Shown one piece after another: positions 10,788 through 20,025 of a stretch of 64,000 bases of DNA. Positions within the stretch are counted from its first letter, which is position 1, and each line of letters opens with the position of its first letter. The stretch is from the IMG/VR virus record IMGVR_UViG_3300020451_002055; one strand, given 5' to 3'. A program made the translations under genes and the position numbers. The notes beneath the pieces are model-generated. The model did not search any database. It saw only the letters and a program-made list of their open reading frames with translations, and had not been told where the DNA came from. This DNA is from a virus. Lineage: Duplodnaviria > Heunggongvirae > Uroviricota > Caudoviricetes.

Positions 10788-11443
10788 TGATTTTCCTTGA
10801 GATACTTAGAGAAGCTTCGCTTAGGAGCATTCTGTTTGTCGATCCATTCAGTTCGCTTGTCATACTGCTCTTTCATAGGAATATCGCATTTGAACATAGC
10901 GCTTCGATGATTCTTCATATGTCTTCCAGAAGGCGAGTTTCTGGCCCATATCTTCTCATACTTCCTCAAGTCCTCGTTGGGAGCGGACGAATGAAGAGCG
11001 ATTACGCTTGGATCATTGATGTACCTTAGATTGGCATTGCGGCAATCCTCCAAAAACGGAGGGTCTACTCTGCCTGAACTTCTGGCTCTGAATCCTCCAA
11101 CCCTTTTTATGAGGTTTCTGTCATATATTTTGACAGACTGAATGCGCTTCTTAGTAGCAACATCATACAGATGCCAATATCGCATGACCACATCTTTTTC
11201 GAATGGGATGAACTGCTGCAAATACTCAACAGACCTCGGATGAAACAAGAAGTCATCATCCACTTTAAGGAAGTATCGAGATATGTCTCGCCGCTTTGCT
11301 AAATGGTTCATGGCATCGACCATAGTCATGTCTTCCACGACGTGAATCTTGATCTTCATAGTCTGCTCTTGCAAAGAACGTATGCAATAGTCAAAGCTAG
11401 AGCGCCCATTTGTTAGAATACATGCGTCGAATACTGAAGTCAT
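10784..11443 (-). CDS. GT-A-like glycosyltransferase (paralog 2)
   Basis: FLKVDDDFLFHP, VKIYD, GGF, GRVD shared with 10044-10787. Confidence 0.6.
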   Translation of the reverse strand: MTSVFDACILTNGRSSFDYCIRSLQEQTMKIKIHVVEDMTMVDAMNHLAKRRDISRYFLKVDDDFLFHPRSVEYLQQFIPFEKDVVMRYWHLYDVATKKRIQSVKIYDRNLIKRVGGFRARSSGRVDPPFLEDCRNANLRYINDPSVIALHSSAPNEDLRKYEKIWARNSPSGRHMKNHRSAMFKCDIPMKEQYDKRTEWIDKQNAPKRSFSKYLKENQ

Positions 11444-12222
11444 TTGATGCTCTCAAGGAAAGGGATAAGCCTACTCTTGTAAAGGCCATCATTTAGGTTG
11501 CGGGTTTGAATGTGCTGAATCTCTTTGAAGGTAGACCGGTTCTTGATCATGTCTGTCTTATGCCAAAAGACCATGCCTCGAACCCTTAAGGCTCCGGCTA
11601 CATGGTAAAGGCCGGTATCGTTTGAAACGAATGCATCGCATCTGGCTAGAACAGAAACGCTCTTTCTGAGATTCAACTTACCCGCGAGAACAATGCATTT
11701 GCTGGTATCATTGGCTTTCCAGAAGTTGTTTACATCTCCCTTTGAACCAAGAAGAACAGGAACCATGCCATGACGAACGATCTCATCTATCATCATTTGT
11801 CTATTGGAGGCTCCGATGTCTTTTCTCTTCTTCAATACTGTTCCAAGACAGCCATGAAAGACAGCTATATACTTCTTGTCTTCTTGTATCTCAAAGTCAT
11901 ACTCTGAAGCATCTGGCCGGTCAACATATGTCGAAGGGATTGGACCCTTGTGCCCAAGCTGTATCCTGCAATAGGCTTCCGAGTCTGTTTCTTCGCCTCT
12001 CCTAGCTTTCGGATGTCTACTTGAACCGTATGAAGCAGGACCGGCAGGCCTCTTCTTTAGAACCTTGATGAAGTCTGCGTCTCTGTATAGAGTAGCAAGC
12101 TGATCGTTCGTAAAGAACGTAGGAACAGGTTTCCCTATCCGCTTGCTTTGCAACTGCATCATGGGCGTTGCCATAACGAAGTTACCAAGTCCCCAGTCTC
12201 TTTCTTGTATGAAATAGCTCAT
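11440..12222 (-). CDS. GT9 (heptosyltransferase-like) glycosyltransferase
   Basis: GLGNFVMATP, LAGKLNL, FVSNDTGLYHVAGAL. Confidence 0.88.
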   Translation of the reverse strand: MSYFIQERDWGLGNFVMATPMMQLQSKRIGKPVPTFFTNDQLATLYRDADFIKVLKKRPAGPASYGSSRHPKARRGEETDSEAYCRIQLGHKGPIPSTYVDRPDASEYDFEIQEDKKYIAVFHGCLGTVLKKRKDIGASNRQMMIDEIVRHGMVPVLLGSKGDVNNFWKANDTSKCIVLAGKLNLRKSVSVLARCDAFVSNDTGLYHVAGALRVRGMVFWHKTDMIKNRSTFKEIQHIQTRNLNDGLYKSRLIPFLESIK

Positions 12223-12224
12223 GA

Positions 12225-13199
12225 TTACATATGCGGCAGCATGCGGCCAATGACATCAACCCATCTGAATCCATTGAGAACGAAGTTTCGAGCGGGGTTA
12301 GGATCGAAGTTCTCTTTCAAGTGTTCAAGCATCTCAAATGCATGGTCGTTTATCTTGCTGTAATGATGCGATGTAGAAGGGTTCATCAAGTCAGTGTGCA
12401 GTCGATTCTTCATGGAGACGACATGAGCGCCGCATGCTTGGGTCTCGATGACCGGAAGCTCATACAAGCCCGATATGCCGCTGATGTAGACATGGGCTCT
12501 CTTGTAGACCTCTACAACATCAGTAAACTTCTCCTTGGGACGAGCCTTGCCCGCCCTATTGAATCCCAAGAAGTCAACCTTATAGCCTCGCTTTGTTAGC
12601 GACTCGATGATATCAAGAGACATCTTGATAGTTGGAGCATCGGTCGGTCCTCTCGATCCGTCTACAAGAACAGTAAACTCGTCTTGGTTGGGATAAAGAA
12701 GCTCGGTATCCGCCCCTCGGCCAACGAAGTAGGACCGACTAAGAAGACGCTGCCTTGGAGAATTATACTGACCGTTCTTGTAGTAGGGATTGGACAGGTT
12801 TAGGTAAGCCTTTCGAGACAGAAAGTAGGCGTCGAAGATGCTACTAGCAGGTATCAGATTCGTGTAGTAGTATCTGCGCTTGCATTTTGCTTTGATACTC
12901 TTCATTAGCGGAGCAATCTCTCTGACCATGACATCCGTATCGTAGTAACATAGAAAGCAATGATCATATGAACTATCGAGAGGTTGTACACCTTTTCTGG
13001 GAACAAAATGGTAGTCCACCTTAGCTCCGCACATCTCAAAAAGCGACCCGATAGAAAAGCCTAGGACTGCATAAATGCTATTGATGTTTCTGTTGGGTCT
13101 ATAGCGGCTGGCAATACAGATGCGGCTTCCGTCTACCTTGGACCGGATAGCTTCCTCCATGCCAGAATCTTGCAAAGTCTTGTAAAGCGTGTCGTACAA
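12225..13199 (-). CDS. GT-B (GT4-like) glycosyltransferase, TTG start
   Basis: VYKRAHVYI, LYELPVIETQACG; SD AAGGAG upstream. Confidence 0.65.
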   Translation of the reverse strand: MYDTLYKTLQDSGMEEAIRSKVDGSRICIASRYRPNRNINSIYAVLGFSIGSLFEMCGAKVDYHFVPRKGVQPLDSSYDHCFLCYYDTDVMVREIAPLMKSIKAKCKRRYYYTNLIPASSIFDAYFLSRKAYLNLSNPYYKNGQYNSPRQRLLSRSYFVGRGADTELLYPNQDEFTVLVDGSRGPTDAPTIKMSLDIIESLTKRGYKVDFLGFNRAGKARPKEKFTDVVEVYKRAHVYISGISGLYELPVIETQACGAHVVSMKNRLHTDLMNPSTSHHYSKINDHAFEMLEHLKENFDPNPARNFVLNGFRWVDVIGRMLPHM

Positions 13200-13209
13200 G
13201 CTAGTCTCC

Positions 13210-14253
13210 TTACGTCATACTCTGAGCTAGCTGAACGTAGTCTCTAGCCATATACTTTGCATCAAGATGTTCCATGAAGTATTCCTTTGTATTCGCCTGC
13301 AGACTGGCGAGTAGCTCGGGATTCTGAGCAAGCTTTTTCAGTCGGTTATACATGATCTTACGGTCCTTGCAGATAAATCCATTGTTCCATTTCTTGATAC
13401 ATTCAGTATTTCCTGGTCGGTTGTTGATAATTGCAGGTTTGCCGCACGCTAGAGCCTCAAGCATCGACATGCTAGTTCCCTCGTCCCCTACGATCTCATA
13501 CAAGAAGACATCCCAACTCTTGATGTATGCAATCTTCTTCTCGAAGTCGTTGATTCTACCGGGAAGATTGAGATAGACCTTGTTTTTCTGCTTTCTGTAT
13601 TTCTTGTTTGCCTTCAAAGCATAGTTCCTAGACAAAGAATATCGCTGACCTGCTCCGAGGTAATCGTGCCAATGACTCACGCCCGATATGGGGGTCTCGC
13701 TCAGCCATCGCAGCCATGTCTTAGGGTGCTTTGTCGCATTGAAATTATTGAGACGACCCGAAACAAAATAACCCTCGCGATCCTCGTCTCGCAAAGGCTT
13801 AATATTCTCATATCTACAAGCGTTGACCCCGTTGCGGATCATTACTAGTCCCTTAGACCGAATCTTACGCTTCATCGTATGAAGCATGTGATTTGAAACG
13901 CAAACAAGGTTATCGCAATCCGCAAGACCAACCGGATTTTTTGCTTGAGTATGATTGATGATATTGAAGGGAACCTTGCGATATAGAGCATCAGAAGCTC
14001 CGCTGCAGTTGGTCCTAGATATCTTGTGCATGAAGACTACTGGATTTGTATAGTTGGATCGAATATGATCAAGTATCTGGTCAGTATTGACAACATCATC
14101 TCCCTGGCCGGGAGATTTGCTTGATAGGCTGATAATGGACTGGCTGACTTCATTTCCATGATGTTTGTCGATAGCAAAATGTAGCTCATCAAGCATGCTG
14201 CCAGCGCCGTAGACTAGCTTGTTGGGTATTAGGTGAATGATCTCTACCATCAA
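13210..14253 (-). CDS. GT4-family glycosyltransferase
   Basis: VCVS, IRNGVN, EGTSMSMLEALACGKP, NNGF. Confidence 0.88.
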   Translation of the reverse strand: MMVEIIHLIPNKLVYGAGSMLDELHFAIDKHHGNEVSQSIISLSSKSPGQGDDVVNTDQILDHIRSNYTNPVVFMHKISRTNCSGASDALYRKVPFNIINHTQAKNPVGLADCDNLVCVSNHMLHTMKRKIRSKGLVMIRNGVNACRYENIKPLRDEDREGYFVSGRLNNFNATKHPKTWLRWLSETPISGVSHWHDYLGAGQRYSLSRNYALKANKKYRKQKNKVYLNLPGRINDFEKKIAYIKSWDVFLYEIVGDEGTSMSMLEALACGKPAIINNRPGNTECIKKWNNGFICKDRKIMYNRLKKLAQNPELLASLQANTKEYFMEHLDAKYMARDYVQLAQSMT

Positions 14254-14264
14254 AACTTCCTTCG

Positions 14265-14906
14265 ATGAAAAACCCTTACGTCAACCTTGAACGCAACGAT
14301 CAACTGCAACGAGGATTCTCTGCTCAAATCAGAGATCAGACAGTTCCCGTTGAATCCTTTATCGGCGATTTGCTCGAATGGATGAGGAAACCTACCAGCA
14401 CTTATGAACCATATGCTAGGTGCATCCGAGAGAGCATAGGGATAGGCAGGAACGGCAAAGACGCAGACATCGAACAGATCAAAAAGTACCTTCCAAGGTT
14501 TGAAGAGATCATGGAAATCTCCAAGATCAAGGGTAGCCCCTTCTCTAAAATGATCCTGAGTGAATCTTTAGGACACAGGTATGCCGACCTTTGGTTATCA
14601 GAAAAGAGTCAAGAGCTAGAATGCAAAATGATCGAAGCCTACAAGATGGCTTACGAATCGGCGGTCGAAGGTAAATATCTAAAGAATCAGGACTCTGCAC
14701 CTTACTGGCTAGCGAAAGCGTATGAGAAAGCCAATCAAGTCGAGAAGGCCTACATCCACTACCGGTTCGTACTGGAACGAAAAGGAGGCCGCTTCAAGCA
14801 GGCCTCCCATAGAGAAAAAATCGAAGAGTCGAGACGGTTCGTCAACGCTCGCCGGTCTCGTTTTCAGTCAACCAGTCGTGACCCATTTCAGCTACCACCT
14901 GCTTAG
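14265..14906 (+). CDS. Hypothetical TPR-like helical protein (only credible plus-strand gene)
   Basis: Fills a ~590-bp gap with no minus-strand ORF; YWLAKAYEKANQVEKAYIHY is TPR-like. Confidence 0.6.
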   Translation: MKNPYVNLERNDQLQRGFSAQIRDQTVPVESFIGDLLEWMRKPTSTYEPYARCIRESIGIGRNGKDADIEQIKKYLPRFEEIMEISKIKGSPFSKMILSESLGHRYADLWLSEKSQELECKMIEAYKMAYESAVEGKYLKNQDSAPYWLAKAYEKANQVEKAYIHYRFVLERKGGRFKQASHREKIEESRRFVNARRSRFQSTSRDPFQLPPA

Positions 14907-15345
14907 CGAATGCTCGGATGGCGCATTGACCTCCTTGGGCAGGAATAACAAAATCGGCCTCGTCCTGAACTTCTCGGATAGCATTCCAGGGACAAGCTGA
15001 GAATCCGGCCTTTTTGATGGCCGCCAGATCATTCTCTGCGTCTCCGATGAATCCAACCTCGTCCCAAGTATATTCGTCGCCTATGATCTCTTCTATGGCC
15101 TCTACCTTGTTCTGAACATCAGAAACGCATTCGAGATTTACAGAAGCAGCCTTGACATCCACAGCGCCGTCGTTCGCCCCTGTTAGGATGATGACTCGGA
15201 TGCCAAGCGAGCGAAGCCTATGTATGGCGTGAAAGTCCGCTGTATTGAACACCTTTGTCACTGAGCCGTCCGATGAAACAAAGTAGTTACCATCAGTGAG
15301 CGTCCCATCGCAGTCTATGAACAGAATCTTGAAATCAACCTTCAT
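14842..15345 (-). CDS. KdsC/KDN-9-P-phosphatase-like HAD phosphatase
   Basis: IDCDGTLTDG, ILTG, K, FIGDAENDL, GGQCAIR. Confidence 0.9.
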   Translation of the reverse strand: MKVDFKILFIDCDGTLTDGNYFVSSDGSVTKVFNTADFHAIHRLRSLGIRVIILTGANDGAVDVKAASVNLECVSDVQNKVEAIEEIIGDEYTWDEVGFIGDAENDLAAIKKAGFSACPWNAIREVQDEADFVIPAQGGQCAIRAFAKQVVAEMGHDWLTENETGER

Positions 15346-15347
15346 TG

Positions 15348-16214
15348 TTACCCCTTGAACTTCAGTTTCTTGCGTTGGGCAAGCTCTTCGTCATCCATAT
15401 CTATTGGTCTGTAATCGAGCGATGCTTTGACCGCCTGCAAATCTCTCACAAGCCTCGACAGGCCTCCGGGCTCCAAACTGGCGGCAGCATCGGTGTGCCT
15501 GACCGTTCTGTCATCGATGAAATGCCGCTCGATCCATTCGGCTCCGAGCATATAGCCAGCAATGTCTGCCGCTATGCCTTTGCCGTGGTTGGAGAATCCG
15601 ATACGGATCGGAGTGCCTTCGAGCATCGATTTCAGTCTTGGGATCTCTAATAAATGCAGGTCTTTGAAATCGCAAGGGTATTTACTAGTGCAATGATAGA
15701 TGACCGTTCTGCTCTGGATGCCCGATGCTTCGACAAAATCGAGTAGCCTGCTCATTTCCTCTCTTGTTGTCATTCCGGTTGAAATGTGCAGGTCGCCCTC
15801 GTAGTTCTTGGACAAAAACTCTAGCATGTCATAGTGCTGATTGCATGCGCTTGGAATCTTGATAAGCGGAGGGCTAAGTTCAGCAACCTCTCTGGCGGAT
15901 GTCATATCCCATACTGATGTCGTATAGACGATGCCGATCGAGTCGCAGTAGGACTGAAGCTCTGCATGCTTTTCAATGGAGAACTCAAGATTGATGCGAT
16001 GTTCAAGGTATGTGTCGCCATAAGCGAACAGCTTATTTGGATGCGGCTTGTCCCGTATATCGAGAGGAGTGCTTTCGTGAGGATTTCTTTTCTGAGTCTT
16101 GACATAAGGGGCTCCGCAGAGCTTGGCGAGTCGGCAAAGCTCCTTGGCCCGCTCGAAGTCTCCCAAATGAGAACAGCCGATCTCGGCAATGACTTGAGGT
16201 TGTTCGTAGTTCAT
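15348..16214 (-). CDS. neuB: NeuB-family nonulosonate(-9-phosphate) synthase, no C-terminal SAF domain
   Basis: VIAEIGCSHLGD, KTQKRN, KIPSA, ISTGM, YHCTSKYP, GFSNH, IERHF, DAAASLEP. Confidence 0.93.
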   Translation of the reverse strand: MNYEQPQVIAEIGCSHLGDFERAKELCRLAKLCGAPYVKTQKRNPHESTPLDIRDKPHPNKLFAYGDTYLEHRINLEFSIEKHAELQSYCDSIGIVYTTSVWDMTSAREVAELSPPLIKIPSACNQHYDMLEFLSKNYEGDLHISTGMTTREEMSRLLDFVEASGIQSRTVIYHCTSKYPCDFKDLHLLEIPRLKSMLEGTPIRIGFSNHGKGIAADIAGYMLGAEWIERHFIDDRTVRHTDAAASLEPGGLSRLVRDLQAVKASLDYRPIDMDDEELAQRKKLKFKG

Positions 16215-16921
16215 AAGAATCCGCCGTAATGTTTAGCAGCCATTTCCATCAGAGCGAAATCATCCTCTGTATCGATCTGCATGCTTTCGAACTGAGAACA
16301 TTGCTCCAACAATGGACGATCCGTTATCCGCCCGTTGCTACTAAACTTATCGGCTTCTATGATGTATAGGTTGCCATTGTCATGATAGTACATCTCGTAA
16401 CGTTCTAGGTCTTGTCTCATCTTACGCTTACCGGAATATTTACAGCGAGCCCCTCCATCGTCATATTGCCAGAAGAACGGGGTATGCTCGCTGACCGTCA
16501 TAAGACTGTCTGCTCCGTAGTCCGTTATCCGTTTGTAACATCTATCTATCAATCTATTGGGACGAGCAGGAGATGTTGGTTGCAAGAGAGATACATACTT
16601 AAAAGAGACATCGAGTTTAGATATTTCATCAATAGCATGGGTCATGGCATCTTCTGTTGTGGATGAATCGCCGCAAAGCTCTTCTGGTCGTTCAATGATC
16701 CGTACTGTATCGCTTCCGTGATCTCGATTGAAACCTTCTGCTATTCTGATGATCTCGGGATCATTTGTCGAAACTGCTATCTCTGCTCTATGGCTGAAAC
16801 GTCTTGCTGCCTCGATAGTCCACCATGTCAGCGGTTTGCCGTCGATCTCTCGGTAGTTCTTGCCGGGCACTCCCTTCGAACCGGCTCGGGCAGGTATAAC
16901 GAATAGTACGGGAACATGCAT
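16211..16921 (-). CDS. neuA: Acylneuraminate cytidylyltransferase
   Basis: IPARAGSKGVPGKN, LLQPTSP, RQDL, DNGNLY, QIDTEDD; start moved to ATG 16921 (track ORF begins 17011). Confidence 0.92.
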   Translation of the reverse strand: MHVPVLFVIPARAGSKGVPGKNYREIDGKPLTWWTIEAARRFSHRAEIAVSTNDPEIIRIAEGFNRDHGSDTVRIIERPEELCGDSSTTEDAMTHAIDEISKLDVSFKYVSLLQPTSPARPNRLIDRCYKRITDYGADSLMTVSEHTPFFWQYDDGGARCKYSGKRKMRQDLERYEMYYHDNGNLYIIEADKFSSNGRITDRPLLEQCSQFESMQIDTEDDFALMEMAAKHYGGFL

Positions 16922-16922
16922 A

Positions 16923-17669
16923 TCATTTGAGCCTATCTGCGTATTTGTCCAAAACATCTTCAAGAGCCATCTTGGGAAAACTCTTAAGTAAACCTTCTGT
17001 AGCGGTATCAATGATCTCTACTTTGCCCTTATTGGTAGCTGCGAACTCCCTCCAATATTCATGGAAGTCAATGCAGTGATGATCGACGGGCTTGTCTTCT
17101 ATTCGTCCGCGGTTTGGAGTAGAAAAGAATCGAGTGCCTATTTTGATAGGAGCCTTCTCTCCAGGGAACTGCCAGAAGTATCTTTTGCGTCCTACATAGC
17201 AACAATCGCAACCCATCAGAACAATAGGATCGCACCCCATGATGTATGCGAGATGAACAGCCGTGCCCATCGAAGTCCTAGCTCCGACTATAGGCTTGCT
17301 AGCCTCTCTCGTAAGCTCTAGACCTTCCGGGTATTTCTTCTTCTTGCTCGGATCATACCAAGTCTTATGAGAGAAGAACGCAACATCTTCTTCGCGAAAA
17401 TGAGAGACCGCATCTGCTAGCTTTGTCTTGAACAGAAGCTTCTTGCATTTGCTGTCTCTCGCTGTTTGTAGGTAGTAACTCCATTCTCTGACGCCTTGGT
17501 CATCAGAGACAAAGTAATCGCAGTCCGGCATCTTGACAATACCAGAGTTGACAGTGATCGTTACATACTTAGAGAGCGGAGTTACATCGACGCCGTGCAG
17601 AGACGGACCTGCTCCGATCAAGAACGCAGCGCTACCCTTGTGCTTGTTCTCTATTTCGCTGAGTTCCAT
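16923..17669 (-). CDS. MAF/DUF115 (MptE-like) domain protein, putative nonulosonate transferase
   Basis: LIGAGPSL, TVNSG, DYFVSDD, GARTS..AVHLAYIMGCDPIVLMGCD. Confidence 0.78.
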   Translation of the reverse strand: MELSEIENKHKGSAAFLIGAGPSLHGVDVTPLSKYVTITVNSGIVKMPDCDYFVSDDQGVREWSYYLQTARDSKCKKLLFKTKLADAVSHFREEDVAFFSHKTWYDPSKKKKYPEGLELTREASKPIVGARTSMGTAVHLAYIMGCDPIVLMGCDCCYVGRKRYFWQFPGEKAPIKIGTRFFSTPNRGRIEDKPVDHHCIDFHEYWREFAATNKGKVEIIDTATEGLLKSFPKMALEDVLDKYADRLK

Positions 17670-18396
17670 ACCTTTGCAGCACCTCCGGTAGGCTCATTCT
17701 TGGAAACGCATCGATAAGCGAGTCAGTAGATGCATTGATAATCTCTACGCCTTTATTAGCATCGGCAACCGCTCTCCAATACTCCAAGAAATCCCTGCAA
17801 TGTTGATCAACCGGACTGCCGTTGATATGGCCTGAGTTCGCTTTGGCAAAAACTTTCCGGTAAGGAGTATCAGAAACTACCTTCTTCCAACCAGGGAACT
17901 GCCAGAAGTATCTCTTGCCCTGAACATACTTTGCATCGCATCCAAGAAGAACAATCGGATTGCAACCCATGATCTTAGCAAAATGGACAGCAGGACCGGC
18001 TGAGGTTCTTGCTCCAATGATTTCGCTCTCGATGGACATATCGAGACCTCTGTCAGTAGCATTCTCATCGTAATGGGGATCATGCGGAGACTGACAATGA
18101 TAAAAGCACTTTTCATCGTCAGGAATAGGTTCAGATACATCGTCCATTCGTAGAGCTTGAAAGAGCTTGATGGAATCGCCCTTTAAGACTTCCTCTTGCC
18201 AGTAGTCCCATTCAGCGCAGACCGGATCGCCTGTCAAAAAGAACTCAGCATCAGGAACGGCTCTGATACCAGAGTTGACAGCAATACGAGTATGGCCTTT
18301 GAGCAGATCAAGGTCTTGGAAATGCAACGACGGACCTGCCCCTACGACAAATCCGATCGTGCCTGTCCTTGAATCTTTGAGGTCAGAGATCAGCAA
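17632..18396 (-). CDS. MAF/DUF115 domain protein, paralog
   Basis: VVGAGPSL, AVNSG, GARTSAGPAVHFAKIMGCNPIVLLGCD; TTG 18396 chosen by alignment with the paralog. Confidence 0.78.
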   Translation of the reverse strand: MLISDLKDSRTGTIGFVVGAGPSLHFQDLDLLKGHTRIAVNSGIRAVPDAEFFLTGDPVCAEWDYWQEEVLKGDSIKLFQALRMDDVSEPIPDDEKCFYHCQSPHDPHYDENATDRGLDMSIESEIIGARTSAGPAVHFAKIMGCNPIVLLGCDAKYVQGKRYFWQFPGWKKVVSDTPYRKVFAKANSGHINGSPVDQHCRDFLEYWRAVADANKGVEIINASTDSLIDAFPRMSLPEVLQRYGTQRNREQAQG

Positions 18397-19333
18397 AACA
18401 ATCCATGCTCCCTCTTCCAACTATCCGGCCATTCATAGAGCCATACATTGTTTTCATGACATCTGAAGCGTCGTAGTTGGTAATGATGAGTTCCTGACCG
18501 TCATCCTTGACTTCCTTGCCGGTTCCGCTGTATTTCCATGTCTCAGAATAAAGATGGAACCCATCGTCTTCTCGGAAAAGTTCTCTAACAAGCTTATGAT
18601 CATCGTAGCTGATACAGACCTTGTGGTCGCTTGCAAGAACAGCATCCCTGAACTTCTCATGATCTTCCATGCTGAATCCAAGCTGATATAGCTGACTGTT
18701 GCGAGCAAGCTCAGAGTTGACGACATAAGGCGGGTCGAGGTAGACAACAACATCATCGCCTGGCTCAGAAAGCGTTACCTCATAGGAATCGCAAGTTATG
18801 CGAGTGTCCTTAAGGTGAGCGGCAACCTTCTCTAGCAGGTCTGTTTTGATGATGTTCCAACCTTGAGGGTTGGAGAAGTAAAGACGAGAGCGCTGAGCAG
18901 GATCATACGTCACTCTTCCGCCCCAAATGGTACGGTTGAGATAGAAGTACCGCAACGCAGCATCCATGTTTTCGTCGTCAACAAACTTATCGAAGACGGC
19001 TTTGAGACGGGCGTTGTATTCCTTCGATCCTTCTTTTGATGTCTCTTTGGACTTGACCGTTGGCTCGCCTTCCTTGGCGGGCTCAATCTCTCTGCATGAA
19101 GCAATGAACTCATCCGGCCTATCTCGCAGAGCCTTGTAGACAGCTATAAGCGGATCGTTTAGGTCATTGATCCATCTCTTCTCAACTCGATCTGTTGGGA
19201 TTGCGAAGAAAATGCCTCCGCCGCCGACAAAGCCTTCTCGATATTCGCCGAATCTGGCGGGCATGCGTCGAAGGATCTTTTCTTGGACATGCTTTCGCGT
19301 CTTGCCGCCAGGATATCTAAAGGGTGATCTCAT
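18383..19333 (-). CDS. dam: Dam/D12-class DNA adenine methyltransferase
   Basis: SPFRYPGGK, EGFVGGG, INDLN, YLDPPY, ELIITNY. Confidence 0.9.
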   Translation of the reverse strand: MRSPFRYPGGKTRKHVQEKILRRMPARFGEYREGFVGGGGIFFAIPTDRVEKRWINDLNDPLIAVYKALRDRPDEFIASCREIEPAKEGEPTVKSKETSKEGSKEYNARLKAVFDKFVDDENMDAALRYFYLNRTIWGGRVTYDPAQRSRLYFSNPQGWNIIKTDLLEKVAAHLKDTRITCDSYEVTLSEPGDDVVVYLDPPYVVNSELARNSQLYQLGFSMEDHEKFRDAVLASDHKVCISYDDHKLVRELFREDDGFHLYSETWKYSGTGKEVKDDGQELIITNYDASDVMKTMYGSMNGRIVGRGSMDCFADL

Positions 19334-20025
19334 TCAACTGCCCTACGAATCATCTCTCGGAAGTTCTCTATGCTATCGTCTGAAGGGTTGGGGTCTGTCA
19401 TAGAGAACCACGGTAGATCGAAAATGCGGTCTGACTCTTCGATGTCGTAGTAGTATTTTGTCTGACCGCCAGGATTTGTGTAGCTTCCAAGCTTCGGGTA
19501 GTTGTTCATAGATATTCTTGGCCCAACATCTTCAAGATCAGCAGACACAAAGAGGTTGATGCGCTCGCAGTCATATGTAGTTCCGATCATGGGGACTCCG
19601 ACATGCTTTTTATCTATCATGCCGTTATGAGAGTCCATGTTCATCCTAAATCTCTTATTATGCTCCGTGCTTCTTCCTGAGTTGGTAACTCTTGGAACAG
19701 CTTTCATGTCGAAGACTACAGTCTGAGTCTGCCCATTGACCTCAAAATCAACTAGCAAATCTCCTTTGTCTCTGAATGAGCCGCTTTTATCAACCTTGGG
19801 ACTTACAAGCAACTTGTGACCGAGTATCTTGTAAGGAGAATACTTCTCTAAAACTTCCATAAACCTGTCAGCCGCATAGCTTTCAGTATGGAAGCTCTTC
19901 ACCATGTCATTTCCAAAATCTTCGTCAGTTCGATAATCCCTTCGTCTATCATAGGACATATCTAGCTCCGGATTGTATCCATCCTGAGCCCAATATACTT
20001 CATCCAGATTCAATTCGTCTATCAT
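19330..20025 (-). CDS. Hypothetical protein, possible PD-(D/E)XK nuclease
   Basis: E...GDLL...FDMK spacing; coupled to the MTase. Confidence 0.4.
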   Translation of the reverse strand: MIDELNLDEVYWAQDGYNPELDMSYDRRRDYRTDEDFGNDMVKSFHTESYAADRFMEVLEKYSPYKILGHKLLVSPKVDKSGSFRDKGDLLVDFEVNGQTQTVVFDMKAVPRVTNSGRSTEHNKRFRMNMDSHNGMIDKKHVGVPMIGTTYDCERINLFVSADLEDVGPRISMNNYPKLGSYTNPGGQTKYYYDIEESDRIFDLPWFSMTDPNPSDDSIENFREMIRRAVE

